A stretch of 61,148 nucleotides of DNA. Source: a virus. Taxonomy: Duplodnaviria > Caudoviricetes. Within the stretch, counting starts at the first letter, position 1, and every line of letters starts with the position of its first letter. Below are positions 28,249 through 37,023 of this stretch, piece after piece. A model generated the notes under the pieces. The model was not told the origin of the DNA. It did no database searches and saw nothing but the letters and a program-made list of their open reading frames with translations. The stretch lies in the IMG/VR virus record IMGVR_UViG_3300037408_000144, positions 1 through 61,148 of that record, one strand, 5' to 3'. A program made the translations under genes and the position numbers.

Positions 28249-28904
28249 GTTCTTCCGGAAAATTCACACTGAGTCTTCGTGACAGGGCACCACGCCCTGC
28301 ACAGTCCTGACGGTTTCGGGGGAAACTTCTCGTCCTCGATGGCAAGCTCCAAGCGCTGCACGCGAGACTTGAACCCGTCCCACAGGCGGGCGGCGTCGTC
28401 ACGTGTGTATTGTGCTGCATCGAGTCGGTCATGGCCAAGCCACGCATACGCTGTTCTGATTGTTTCGGCATGTGGGAACACCGAGAATGCCGTAGCTGCA
28501 AACAGTTCGAGTTGATCCGTATCAGATTTGGGCTTCCCAGTTTTCCAGTCGACGATCGTCACGCTCTTGGGTTTGACGACGGCCAAGTCGTACACCCCCC
28601 GCACCCACACGTCCTTGGCGAAGAACCCGGTAGGCCGCAGGGTCTTGGTCAGGCCGAACTTGTGCTCCACGTGCTTGATGCCGGGTGATGCCTTCACGGC
28701 CTCCACGATCGGGATGTAGCGCTTGTACTTCTCGGGCAGCCACTGCTCGCCCTTGATGTGCTGCTCGATGGCCTTGTGCACCTGGTTGCCGCTGATGGTC
28801 GCCTCGGTCTGCGGCTCGACAACGGTCTTGAGGATCTTTGTCAGATAAAAGCGCCTCGGGCACGTCTCGTACGCCCCGAGGTAGCTGTAAGACCAGGCGG
28901 TCAT
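28245..28904 (-). CDS. PD-(D/E)XK (Cas4/RecB-like) exonuclease
   Basis: WSYS..YETCPRR, GNQVH, RGVYDL..IVDWKTGK, QLELFA, LCRAWCP. Confidence 0.85.
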   Translation of the reverse strand: MTAWSYSYLGAYETCPRRFYLTKILKTVVEPQTEATISGNQVHKAIEQHIKGEQWLPEKYKRYIPIVEAVKASPGIKHVEHKFGLTKTLRPTGFFAKDVWVRGVYDLAVVKPKSVTIVDWKTGKPKSDTDQLELFAATAFSVFPHAETIRTAYAWLGHDRLDAAQYTRDDAARLWDGFKSRVQRLELAIEDEKFPPKPSGLCRAWCPVTKTQCEFSGRT

Positions 28905-29215
28905 CTCGGCTTACCTTGAAGGCGGTCCGCGACGAGCTGGGCGTACCCAGCAATATCGACCCAGGAGTCATCGTAGTCCGGGTCGCCGTTCACAATGCGC
29001 CCGATCTTATGGAAGATCATCTCCAGCGCTTCCATCTGGTCGTCGGCCAGGGTCTTCTGTCGCTCCGCCAGCGCCCCCTGCAGCGCGATCTTAAGTGTCT
29101 GCGTCACACGTGCGTGACCAGCGAACGGCCCGTACCGCTTCCCTCTGGCGTCTAAGGTCTCTGACAGGGTCGGCTTACTTTCTAACACGCCGTCAGGCAT
29201 GGCTGATCCTTTCAT
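28901..29215 (-). CDS. DUF6378-like protein (104 aa)
   Basis: RGKRYGPF..HKIGRIVNGDPDYDDSWVDIAGYAQL. Confidence 0.75.
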   Translation of the reverse strand: MKGSAMPDGVLESKPTLSETLDARGKRYGPFAGHARVTQTLKIALQGALAERQKTLADDQMEALEMIFHKIGRIVNGDPDYDDSWVDIAGYAQLVADRLQGKPR

Positions 29216-29270
29216 GGTATGCTTCTCGCGGTTTCCTTCGGTGTTAGTTGGTGTGGATCTACATATTACC

Positions 29271-32114
29271 TTATTTCGCGTCGCCGTAGCAGCCGGCGAA
29301 CGAACCTTCTGACCAGAGGACGATCTGAGGCCACCACGACGGCGGGGTGCGCATGATGCGCTGCAGTTCAGCCAGCAGGGGCTCGGCCTCTGACTGCGGG
29401 AACATGTAGACCAGTTCGTCGTGCAGCCGCATGACCGGACGCAGCCCAGTGGACTTGAAGAACCGCAAGGCACACTCGAACACGCTGTCGCGGGCTAGGG
29501 CTTGGACGATGTTCTCGTCGACCTTCGGGCCTGTCAGGAACGCCCTGTGCCGCCCTTCGGCGTACACCCAGGACATCTTGGCCCGGCCGTCCTCCCACTT
29601 CTCACCCGTGTCCATGAACCGCAGGTTCGGGTACCGGATCTTGCGCCCGCTGGGAAGCTGCAGTCCCTCGGCACAGGTGGTGACCAAACCCCACGGGTCG
29701 ATCTCGCGCTTGACGTTGCGCACCACGTCGTGCAGGGCAGCTCCGCAGGTCTTCCAGCCGTCAACGATTTCGGCGTAGCGAGTGCGCCAGCGCTCCACAC
29801 CGTCCTGGGACTCCTCGTTCGACAGAGTGATGCCGCCCATCGTGCGCGCCACTCGAATGAACGTCTTCCACCCGGAGCCGAACCCCAGGCCCAACTGGCA
29901 GTTGGAAACTAGCCGGTCACTGACAGTGAAACGATGTCGGGGTCCGGCGTTGAGAAGGTCCCATACACGCCTTTCGGCTTGTCGCTGGGGCGGACCCAGC
30001 GGGCTACTATCTGTTCGTCGGTCATCCCCATAGACAGCAGATTGCGCAGCGTGTTGTCCGCGTACCGGACCTCCGGGTAATTCTGGCGGAACATGTGGAA
30101 CCGCTTCACATTCGACCCCCGGCGATTGGCCATGTTCTGAGCCCGCGTCACCCACCGAAGGTTGCCCGGCGAATACCCGCTGTTGTTGTCCTTCCGGTCC
30201 AGCTCCTTGCTTCGTTCCAGTCCCAGGTTCTGCATAACCCATACTGCCGCCGCCGCTACGGACTCGAACTCGAACGTCACGCCCCGGCCACCGTACAGCG
30301 GATACGCTATGTCGTTCGGGTTCGTGCAGCGCTGTCGCGCTGCCTCCAAGCGCTTCAACAGCCACGTCGGGGCACCGCACTTCTGGCTGCAAGATTGGCA
30401 TGCGCGCGACTTCCCCGATCGCAAGCTGTCGTAGCTCACTGCACGCACTGTCGCGCACCCGGTGCACCGCACTGTGACGTACCGATACCCCTTGACGCGT
30501 GTCCATTGCCTCGACACCAGCTCCGCCAAACCCCAGCGGTGCCCCACCGGCTCCGGTGCGAGCGAGCCGGAGTGATTGCGAGGCTGCATCCCGCAGAAGA
30601 ACCTTCCGTCCGTCCTCGACCCAGACTTCGTGGTCTGGGGTCGCTGTGAGTCCGTCATACGTAACCACCTCCCTGACACCGTTGAAGATCGGGCCGTCGT
30701 GGTGAACCCACTCGATCCCGTCCCAAACTAAATCTAACACACTAACGGTTTCTATCGGTTTGGGACCGGAATCTGTCAACACCAACTCCCCCTCAGCGAT
30801 GCACACTTTGGCAAACTGGCGCTCCGGCTTGACGATCTCGTCGGGGGCCTTGTCGTAGTAGAACGCGGCGAAGTCCTTGTACAGGTCCGCCTTCGGGTCT
30901 TGCGCGTACAGCGCCATCGTGGACGGCACCTTCCACAGGGTGTGGTTGACCCGCAGCTCGATGCCGGACTGGTCGGCCACGCCGACCACGTAGCCCTTCG
31001 GGGCACGTAGACTCTTGCGCAGGGCGTCGCTGATCTTCGGCCGATCGGGGTCCACCCGGGGGAGGTTCTGCGGGTTGTACAGCCAGCCGCTGTCGCGTCC
31101 CGTGGTGTCGGCACCGCAGTATTTCAGGGGCACCGGCAGGAACCCGTTCAGCTTGGCCTGGGTCTGCAGGAACGCCTCGATGCGCGTCTCCAGCAGGGTG
31201 GACTTCACCGCCAGGCGGGTGCGGGCCGCCGCGGCTACGATCGGGTCGTCGTGCTCCTGCAGGGCCTGGAACTCCTCGTCGGTCTTGGCCAGGGCCGGCA
31301 CCCGGTTCTCCGGGTTGGTGGGCGAGGGTTTCATGGGCACCTCGACGCCGCGCTGCGTCAGCAGGGCGGAGAACTTCGGCGCGGACGCCAGTTGCTCGCG
31401 AACCCACTCGGCGATGCCTTCCTCACCCTGCTCCCAGAAGTCCTCCACGTCGGGCTGCAGCATCTTGGCCAGGTCCAGCAGGGCGCGGTGCTTGTTGGAC
31501 CGCTCGACCGACGCCGTCGTCTCCAGCAGCCCCGTGTCGATGGTGAACTTGGGCTCCACCAGCATGCGGATGTTGCAGTCCAGGTGCCACAGTTCCTCGG
31601 CCTTGAAATGCGGGGCCAGCTTGTAGAACAGGGCCGCGCACTGCTCGGTGTCCTCCCGGTTGTACTTCTCCATCGCGGCCAGTTCCTCGGGTGTGAACTC
31701 CTCCAGCCGCCGCCCCTTGGTGTTGATGAGTGCTGCCTGATCCTTGACGCCCAGCTCGTAGTGCGCCACCAGCTTGCCCAGGCCCAGGCCGACGTCCTTG
31801 GCGTGCAGAACCCGCGCCATTGCCAGCGTGCAGCCCCACATCTTGGGCTTGATGCCCAGGCGCCACGCCGAGATCATGGCGTCAAATTCGGAGTTGTTGT
31901 GGGCTACCAACAGACTGTCCGACCAGTCCAGGGCGTGCAGGTGCCGGCGGATCTCGGCTTCTCCGAAGAAGACGTCAGTCGGTGCGCCACCCACTTTCAC
32001 TGCGCACGAGATCAGCTGTGTGTCCGGATGCAGGACGTACTCGATCGGGGACATCTTGCTCAGGGAGTGAGTCGGGGACCAAAAGGTCTCGTAGTCCAGG
32101 AATACTGTCCGCAC
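29271..32114 (-). CDS. Family A DNA polymerase precursor with intein (947 aa; ~646 aa spliced)
   Basis: Exonuclease LDYET/AHN..FD; TTGRDSG..NPQNLP; motif A ADQSGIELR; motif B RQFAKV|CQLGLGFG split by the insert; motif C LHDELV; GTG start at 32114 inferred. Confidence 0.9.
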   Translation of the reverse strand: MRTVFLDYETFWSPTHSLSKMSPIEYVLHPDTQLISCAVKVGGAPTDVFFGEAEIRRHLHALDWSDSLLVAHNNSEFDAMISAWRLGIKPKMWGCTLAMARVLHAKDVGLGLGKLVAHYELGVKDQAALINTKGRRLEEFTPEELAAMEKYNREDTEQCAALFYKLAPHFKAEELWHLDCNIRMLVEPKFTIDTGLLETTASVERSNKHRALLDLAKMLQPDVEDFWEQGEEGIAEWVREQLASAPKFSALLTQRGVEVPMKPSPTNPENRVPALAKTDEEFQALQEHDDPIVAAAARTRLAVKSTLLETRIEAFLQTQAKLNGFLPVPLKYCGADTTGRDSGWLYNPQNLPRVDPDRPKISDALRKSLRAPKGYVVGVADQSGIELRVNHTLWKVPSTMALYAQDPKADLYKDFAAFYYDKAPDEIVKPERQFAKVCIAEGELVLTDSGPKPIETVSVLDLVWDGIEWVHHDGPIFNGVREVVTYDGLTATPDHEVWVEDGRKVLLRDAASQSLRLARTGAGGAPLGFGGAGVEAMDTRQGVSVRHSAVHRVRDSACSELRQLAIGEVARMPILQPEVRCPDVAVEALGGSATALHEPERHSVSAVRWPGRDVRVRVRSGGGSMGYAEPGTGTKQGAGPEGQQQRVFAGQPSVGDAGSEHGQSPGVECEAVPHVPPELPGGPVRGQHAAQSAVYGDDRRTDSSPLGPPQRQAERRVWDLLNAGPRHRFTVSDRLVSNCQLGLGFGSGWKTFIRVARTMGGITLSNEESQDGVERWRTRYAEIVDGWKTCGAALHDVVRNVKREIDPWGLVTTCAEGLQLPSGRKIRYPNLRFMDTGEKWEDGRAKMSWVYAEGRHRAFLTGPKVDENIVQALARDSVFECALRFFKSTGLRPVMRLHDELVYMFPQSEAEPLLAELQRIMRTPPSWWPQIVLWSEGSFAGCYGDAK
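29901..30803 (-). mobile_element. Intein (301 aa) in polymerase motif B
   Basis: Block A CIAEGELVLTDSG; block B TATPDH; blocks F/G VWDLLNAGPRHRFTVSDRLVSN followed by Cys+1. Confidence 0.92.
29909..30658 (-). CDS. HNH-type homing endonuclease (249 aa) nested in the +1 frame of the intein
   Basis: GGAGGT SD 8 nt before ATG; RCTGC..CQSC; RQRCTNPN..YPLYGGRG; LDRKDNNSGYSPGNLRWVTRAQNMANR. Confidence 0.88.
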   Translation of the reverse strand: MTDSQRPQTTKSGSRTDGRFFCGMQPRNHSGSLAPEPVGHRWGLAELVSRQWTRVKGYRYVTVRCTGCATVRAVSYDSLRSGKSRACQSCSQKCGAPTWLLKRLEAARQRCTNPNDIAYPLYGGRGVTFEFESVAAAAVWVMQNLGLERSKELDRKDNNSGYSPGNLRWVTRAQNMANRRGSNVKRFHMFRQNYPEVRYADNTLRNLLSMGMTDEQIVARWVRPSDKPKGVYGTFSTPDPDIVSLSVTG

Positions 32115-32256
32115 GTCGGTATCTTTCGATGATGGTTTGGATGGTGCCGAACGTGGCACCACATGAATCGCACTTGTGCCTGCGACGCATGACCCCGGAG
32201 ACCGGGGTGCGCGATGACGTCACGTGGGTGTGCGCGTTGCAGCTTGGGCAGCGCAT
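31975..32256 (-). CDS. NrdR-N-like zinc ribbon protein
   Basis: MRCPSC..T.V.SSR..RRRHKCDSCG.TF.T; AAGGA SD; 3' part overlaps pol. Confidence 0.65.
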   Translation of the reverse strand: MRCPSCNAHTHVTSSRTPVSGVMRRRHKCDSCGATFGTIQTIIERYRRADSIPGLRDLLVPDSLPEQDVPDRVRPASGHTADLVRSESGWRTD

Positions 32257-32274
32257 GGGTTTCCTTCCACGAAG

Positions 32275-32292
32275 CGGGCCCCGAAGGGCCCG
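32275..32292 (-). terminator. GC hairpin with TTCG loop (possible terminator)
   Basis: CGGGCCC-TTCG-GGGCCCG just after a stop codon; weak T tail. Confidence 0.4.
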
Positions 32293-32298
32293 GAAGTC

Positions 32299-32787
32299 TC
32301 AGTCGTCGGTGTCGGCCATCTCGGCCAGCATCGCCATAGCCTTGAACTGCGCGACGTTTTGATCGGCCGCCGTACCGTCGGTACGCACGGCGATGGGGGG
32401 CATCGGGGCCACCGGGATCATCCGCTGCTGCATGTCGGCATGCAGGGCGTGTTGCAGCGTCACAAGCTCGTCGAAGCGCTTGTTGATCAGGGCCTTCAGC
32501 GCGTCGAGCTGGCCCGGCAGAGCCGCTGCCGCGGCCTTGGCCGCCTTGGCTTCCTTCAGCCTGACCGAGGGGTTCGGAAGGTTCCTCTCCGCCCGCACGG
32601 CGTCGCGGCGTTCGCGCTCGGCCCTGGCCACGCCATATGCGTGGTCCCCGTACAGCTCGAAGCTGCGCTTGCCGACCTTCACCTGGCGGGCCGGCTTGAC
32701 TTCCTTGGCGTCGAACAGCTTGCGCAGGCTGGTGCCGTCGAAGTTGAACGCGCGGGCGATTTCGCTGAACGTGTAGGCTTTATCCAT
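32299..32787 (-). CDS. Hypothetical protein, possible N-terminal HTH (162 aa)
   Basis: AAAGGA SD; YTFSEIARAFNFDGTSLRKL. Confidence 0.7.
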   Translation of the reverse strand: MDKAYTFSEIARAFNFDGTSLRKLFDAKEVKPARQVKVGKRSFELYGDHAYGVARAERERRDAVRAERNLPNPSVRLKEAKAAKAAAAALPGQLDALKALINKRFDELVTLQHALHADMQQRMIPVAPMPPIAVRTDGTAADQNVAQFKAMAMLAEMADTDD

Positions 32788-33151
32788 TGTGGTTTCCTTT
32801 CGGGTCTTCAGATCGTGTCCACCAGGCATGGCGGAGCTTCACTGTGGTTCTGTGCGTGTCGGTGAATGGGCCCCCTTGTGCAAGGGGGTTCGATCCAAGC
32901 AGGTTCCTGCGGAACACGGCGGGGCTGCCGCCAATCAGCTCGATGTGGTCCTCGAACGGTGATCCCGGCTCGAAGAAGTACTGCAGCGCGCTACGCGCTT
33001 CGGAGTTCAGATTGCGCTGTATGCGCCGTTCCTCCTGGCTCGTGACGCGCGTCAGAGAGCGCAGGTGCACGGCTATCAAGGCGGCGATCATTCGCGCCAG
33101 GCTCTTGGTTTCCGGGTCTACGCCCTCTCGTGTTGAGACGAAGTCGATCAT
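32780..33151 (-). CDS. Hypothetical protein
   Basis: Fills the gap; start directly below a palindrome/-10 element. Confidence 0.65.
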   Translation of the reverse strand: MIDFVSTREGVDPETKSLARMIAALIAVHLRSLTRVTSQEERRIQRNLNSEARSALQYFFEPGSPFEDHIELIGGSPAVFRRNLLGSNPLAQGGPFTDTHRTTVKLRHAWWTRSEDPKGNHNG

Positions 33152-33161
33152 GGGATTGGAT

Positions 33162-33173
33162 CTAACATGTTAG
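33162..33173. promoter_or_regulatory. CTAACATGTTAG palindrome
   Basis: Perfect intergenic copy. Confidence 0.75.
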
Positions 33174-33175
33174 CG

Positions 33176-34264
33176 TTAAGCAGTGGCAAGGTCAAGTACC
33201 TTCCCGGCCTCGCGCTCGAAACCGACACGCACGTCCTGGTGCTCCACACCCCGGGCGAAGGCCGTGATGCCCGTCGCGGCATCCCACAGTGTCTCGATGG
33301 GGCGCCCTTCCTCCAGCTGGTGCGTGGTCATGATCGCGCGGGCCTGGGAGGCGGTGAAGCGGTTCTTCAGGAAGTCCTCGACGCGGTCGATCTTCTTGCT
33401 GCGTGCGTCTTCCAGGGCGCGCGTGATGCTGGCCGTGGACGAGTTCGCGTAGCGCTCCAGGGCAGGGGCGACTTCCTCGATGAACCGGTGCGGTGCCGAC
33501 GCCGTGTGGCGGATGCGGATCTCCTGGTAGTCCTCGGCACCCCAGACGATGCGGTTGGAGCAGATGTAGTCGAACAGGAACGTGGCCAGGCCGAACGTGC
33601 TGCTGCCGTGCTCGGAGTTCCACACGAAGAAGCCCCGGGCCAGCGAGCCGGGCTCGCCACCGCGCCGGTTAGGCACCTCGATGCGGTGGTCCTCGTCGGC
33701 CAGGAACACGAACATGTCCCGGTCGCTGGAGTACAGCGTGGTGTTGGTCTTGTCGACAACAACCTGGCGGCCGAACTCGCCGGGCACGCGGAAGGTGCCG
33801 CTGACGCCGTCGCCGAAGCGGTTGATGAGTGCTGACGTGATGTCCTGGTTCCACACCCGCCCGTACTGCGGGCCGGTGACCGCACGCAACTCCTCGCCGT
33901 CGTACGCCAGGGTGCCGATGTCCTCGGCGTCTCGCACGATCTGCAGCCCGTAGTTCACGTTGTCCGCCGCCAGGGGGCCGGGGAGTGTGCGCAGATACCC
34001 GGCGGGTGCGCCTGCACGTTGGCACAGCTGGCCGAAGGCCCAGTTCGTGACCTGGAGCTTGCGGTCGTCACTGCGGTCCAGGACCTGGATGCCGTCGTAG
34101 TCACCCTCCACGGGGATAGCCACGAGGCTGCGGGTGGACACGACACGGGCGCGGGACTTGGCGCGGTCGATGGTCTGCTTGGCGAGCATCTCGGTCAGGC
34201 TGGTGAAGCGCTGATCGGACGGACGGGTGCGCCACTGGTTGGATGCGGTCATGACGGTGCTCAT
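33176..34264 (-). CDS. DUF932-family protein
   Basis: WAFGQLCQRAGAPAGYL, YGRVWN, LYSSDRDMF, NSEHGS, YICSNRIVW, IRHT. Confidence 0.75.
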   Translation of the reverse strand: MSTVMTASNQWRTRPSDQRFTSLTEMLAKQTIDRAKSRARVVSTRSLVAIPVEGDYDGIQVLDRSDDRKLQVTNWAFGQLCQRAGAPAGYLRTLPGPLAADNVNYGLQIVRDAEDIGTLAYDGEELRAVTGPQYGRVWNQDITSALINRFGDGVSGTFRVPGEFGRQVVVDKTNTTLYSSDRDMFVFLADEDHRIEVPNRRGGEPGSLARGFFVWNSEHGSSTFGLATFLFDYICSNRIVWGAEDYQEIRIRHTASAPHRFIEEVAPALERYANSSTASITRALEDARSKKIDRVEDFLKNRFTASQARAIMTTHQLEEGRPIETLWDAATGITAFARGVEHQDVRVGFEREAGKVLDLATA

Positions 34265-34641
34265 ACTGGGTTCCTTTCGGGTTGAAGCGGGACGTGCCCG
34301 CGGAAGTCGAATACGCTGGTCACCTTGACCTTGGCGCGTTGTCGGACGCGGCGCTGCCGTTCGGCGTTAGACATCGGCGTGCGTCTTGCATCAGGTCTGT
34401 TACCCCACATGAACGCGGGGCGGGTTGGATACCCTCTCGGGTCGGGGTGCCACGCGGCGATGTACACCAGGCGTGGTGCTTTTCGGAATGGGACGAGGAA
34501 CGCGCGGATCGTGCGGTCGTGCAGTCCAGACGCATCCATAAGTTCGTGGTAGGTGTGCGGCGCGGTCATCAGCGCCTCGATCAAGTTGCGGATGGCCAGG
34601 GCGTTCGTGGTCGCTCGCTTGCCGGGGATCTCCCACTTCAT
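34261..34641 (-). CDS. Hypothetical protein, possible winged helix (126 aa)
   Basis: TYHELMDASGLHDRTIR..VYIAAW..PMSNAERQRR. Confidence 0.65.
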   Translation of the reverse strand: MKWEIPGKRATTNALAIRNLIEALMTAPHTYHELMDASGLHDRTIRAFLVPFRKAPRLVYIAAWHPDPRGYPTRPAFMWGNRPDARRTPMSNAERQRRVRQRAKVKVTSVFDFRGHVPLQPERNPV

Positions 34642-35258
34642 CTGTCCTCCCACATCCATGCGTTGTACGGGTTGTCCCGCTCCAGTTCTTCGGCGGTGTA
34701 TGGCGCTGGTGGCTTAGGTTCACCACGCGCTGCTGCGAGTACGGCACGGGCAAACAGAAGTGGACTGAAGCACGAGGGCCAGCCTGGGCGCGTTGGTGGG
34801 TTGCACTGTTCGCTGTTGGCTATGGCGTTGATCTCCTCATCGGTCAGCGTCAGCGCTGCTGCAGCCGAAGCATTGAAATCCTCTTCGATCCTTCTCTGCG
34901 CTGCGAGCAGCATGGACGCGCCGGATGTCGGTGTTGGATTCGGTGCTTGTGGGGCGGTGTATAGCGGGCGCCAGTCGTCAAACGGTGGCTCGCCTTGCCC
35001 TTCATCAATGCGCAGCGATTCGTCTGGGGCGATCCACGCCACCGGCCCACCCCGCACTGCTAGTGCTGCGCGGGCATAGTTGCGCATCTGATCGGCGGTG
35101 AACACTGGCATGTCGCCTTGAGTGAATCGAAAATCAGGGTGCATGCCTGTTGGGCTAAGGTATCCAAAGGGATCAGGCAGAGGCGGCAGGTCGTCGTTGG
35201 TCATTGCTTCCTTCTTTGGGAACCATGTGTCCCAGTTATCGCTTTGGTTGTCGCTCAT
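34638..35258 (-). CDS. Mosaic hypothetical protein
   Basis: LPPLP, FTADQMRNYARAAL, PVAW..PLY and LTDEEI..FARAV modules. Confidence 0.65.
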   Translation of the reverse strand: MSDNQSDNWDTWFPKKEAMTNDDLPPLPDPFGYLSPTGMHPDFRFTQGDMPVFTADQMRNYARAALAVRGGPVAWIAPDESLRIDEGQGEPPFDDWRPLYTAPQAPNPTPTSGASMLLAAQRRIEEDFNASAAAALTLTDEEINAIANSEQCNPPTRPGWPSCFSPLLFARAVLAAARGEPKPPAPYTAEELERDNPYNAWMWEDR

Positions 35259-35593
35259 TGCTTCCCCTTCAGCGCGGAAAGTCTCTTTTGGTTTTCAGTC
35301 CACGCCTCGCTCAGTTCAAGTCCGTTCAGGTGCTCGCTGATTTCCACAGACAGCGTGTAGCGACTCTCTGAGTTCGATGGTGTATCGACCCACCCGGGCG
35401 GCTGAGACAGCAGGTTCCTTGCCCTGCGCAGAAGATCAACGGAGTCCCGCTGCCCTTGCGCATAGGCGGCACGAATCTGCTGCACCGTGTACAGCTTGCG
35501 CCCGGTTGCGGTTTCGTACCCTGGCTCTGGAAGCACCTGACCTGGACGGTAGACATCACCCTTGTGCGGCTTGAATCGCTCTAGCCATTTCAT
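35255..35593 (-). CDS. Hypothetical protein
   Basis: ATGA overlaps. Confidence 0.65.
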   Translation of the reverse strand: MKWLERFKPHKGDVYRPGQVLPEPGYETATGRKLYTVQQIRAAYAQGQRDSVDLLRRARNLLSQPPGWVDTPSNSESRYTLSVEISEHLNGLELSEAWTENQKRLSALKGKQ

Positions 35594-36198
35594 GGTTGCT
35601 TCTCCTTCAGTGCGGCGCGGGCTTTGTCTACGGCATCGTCTAGCGTGATCTGCCCGCAGTAATCAGCCCATGACACCAACACCGGCAAGTCATACCGCAA
35701 ACGTGTGTCGGGCACGATTTCGCTGGCGTATGCGCGTTGATTCATTGGTCGTTCTTTGATGTTGTCGCGTAGCCACCGATAGCGCCGCGCGTCCGCCTCA
35801 AGCTCCTGAACGCGCGCATACAACGCAGAGTGCGAGCACTGGAGCCTAAACACCTCGTCCTTCTCGGATTGCAGTGCCTTCTCCAGTTCCTCGATGCGCG
35901 CCTTCTGCCGTGTGAACAGGCCTGCGGTGTATCCGTACTCTACGGAGATGCCTTCTTCAAGCCTCCGCATTAGGTTCTGTGGGCCGTAGCCTTCGGCGTC
36001 GCAGTGCGCGGCCCAGTGCTTGTCAATTTCCTCGGCTGCTGCCGCCATGACCGTTCTCAGCCTGACGGCTTCGGCCTCAAGCTCGGCAATGCGCTTCGCC
36101 TGAGCCTCAAGTGCTTCGGCGGCCTCTTGGCACTCTGTTCGCTCGGGTTCGTTTGCAGACCACCAGCGCAGCCGCTTGATAAGGTCGTCACTGGTCAT
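35590..36198 (-). CDS. Ead/Ea22-like mosaic protein (202 aa)
   Basis: RIAELEAE, HCDAEGYGPQNLMRRLE, DARRYRWLRD. Confidence 0.65.
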   Translation of the reverse strand: MTSDDLIKRLRWWSANEPERTECQEAAEALEAQAKRIAELEAEAVRLRTVMAAAAEEIDKHWAAHCDAEGYGPQNLMRRLEEGISVEYGYTAGLFTRQKARIEELEKALQSEKDEVFRLQCSHSALYARVQELEADARRYRWLRDNIKERPMNQRAYASEIVPDTRLRYDLPVLVSWADYCGQITLDDAVDKARAALKEKQP

Positions 36199-36713
36199 TG
36201 CTTCTCCTTCAGTGCGTCTGCGGCTAGTGCATACATCCGTTTTGCGAGCCCGATTGCATAGGCTTCTTGTGCGTACACAGGCTCGCCGCATTCAGCGCCA
36301 GCCCACTCCTCAGCAATGTCGCGCAACGCGCGCTCAAGCTCGGCAATGCGCGCGGTTTGTGCCCGCACCTGTTCAACGACAGCGGACTCATCGCAATGAA
36401 CGTCATACGGGCTGCACTCCATATCGTTCGGCGGGCCGCACAGGTAGCTGATCTGCGAGAGCGCTGCTGACTGGGCTTGTAGCGCGCATATCAGGCAGAC
36501 CGCGCGTTTGCCGCCGCTCGGCTTGTGCTTGTCGCACAGTGGCGCAGCGTCCTCTAGTTCCTCGATGCGCATCTGGTCGGCGGTGTAAAAGGCTGGTGTC
36601 TTGAGATAACCACCCATTTCATAACCCTTGCGCACACTTTCCGTGTTCGCTGCAGTAGCGTAGGTATCGGGTTGATGTGGTCGCGGCAGCGGCGGCAGGT
36701 CGTCTTTGGTCAT
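36195..36713 (-). CDS. Mosaic hypothetical protein
   Basis: ATGA overlaps; shares modules with neighbours. Confidence 0.6.
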   Translation of the reverse strand: MTKDDLPPLPRPHQPDTYATAANTESVRKGYEMGGYLKTPAFYTADQMRIEELEDAAPLCDKHKPSGGKRAVCLICALQAQSAALSQISYLCGPPNDMECSPYDVHCDESAVVEQVRAQTARIAELERALRDIAEEWAGAECGEPVYAQEAYAIGLAKRMYALAADALKEKQ

Positions 36714-36807
36714 TGCTTCTCCTTCAGTGGGGCCGCGTTCTTGGGTGTTGTCATGTTGTCTGCTAACAGGCTGTGGCGGTGTTATGCGTCAGGATCGATC
36801 CCTAACA

Positions 36808-37023
36808 CTAGTTGGGCGTCTTGCTGCGCTCCACGGCTTGGCTGGCCTGCAACGCAGCTTGCTTCTTCAGGTGTCGGCGGGCCGCCGCAAAGGCGCGCTT
36901 GTAGCCGGCGGCAATCTGCTCGTCGGTCTTGCCTCGGTAGCACTTCGGGTGCCATGTGCCGTCCAGCACCGCGCACACGCATGGCGTGTAGCCCAAGGCG
37001 CGCTCTACTTCGCGGTCTGTCAC
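36808..37023 (-). CDS. Hypothetical protein (71 aa)
   Basis: GTGA overlap; CVC..WHPKC. Confidence 0.55.
   Translation of the reverse strand: MTDREVERALGYTPCVCAVLDGTWHPKCYRGKTDEQIAAGYKRAFAAARRHLKKQAALQASQAVERSKTPN

Noticed and set aside
28245-28904. Cas4-like nuclease as a sign of CRISPR
   Set aside because: A common phage exonuclease; no array or other cas genes seen
29901-30803. Group I intron explanation for the polymerase insert
   Set aside because: The insert is in frame, has all protein-splicing blocks at the exact boundaries and leaves no room for a ribozyme core
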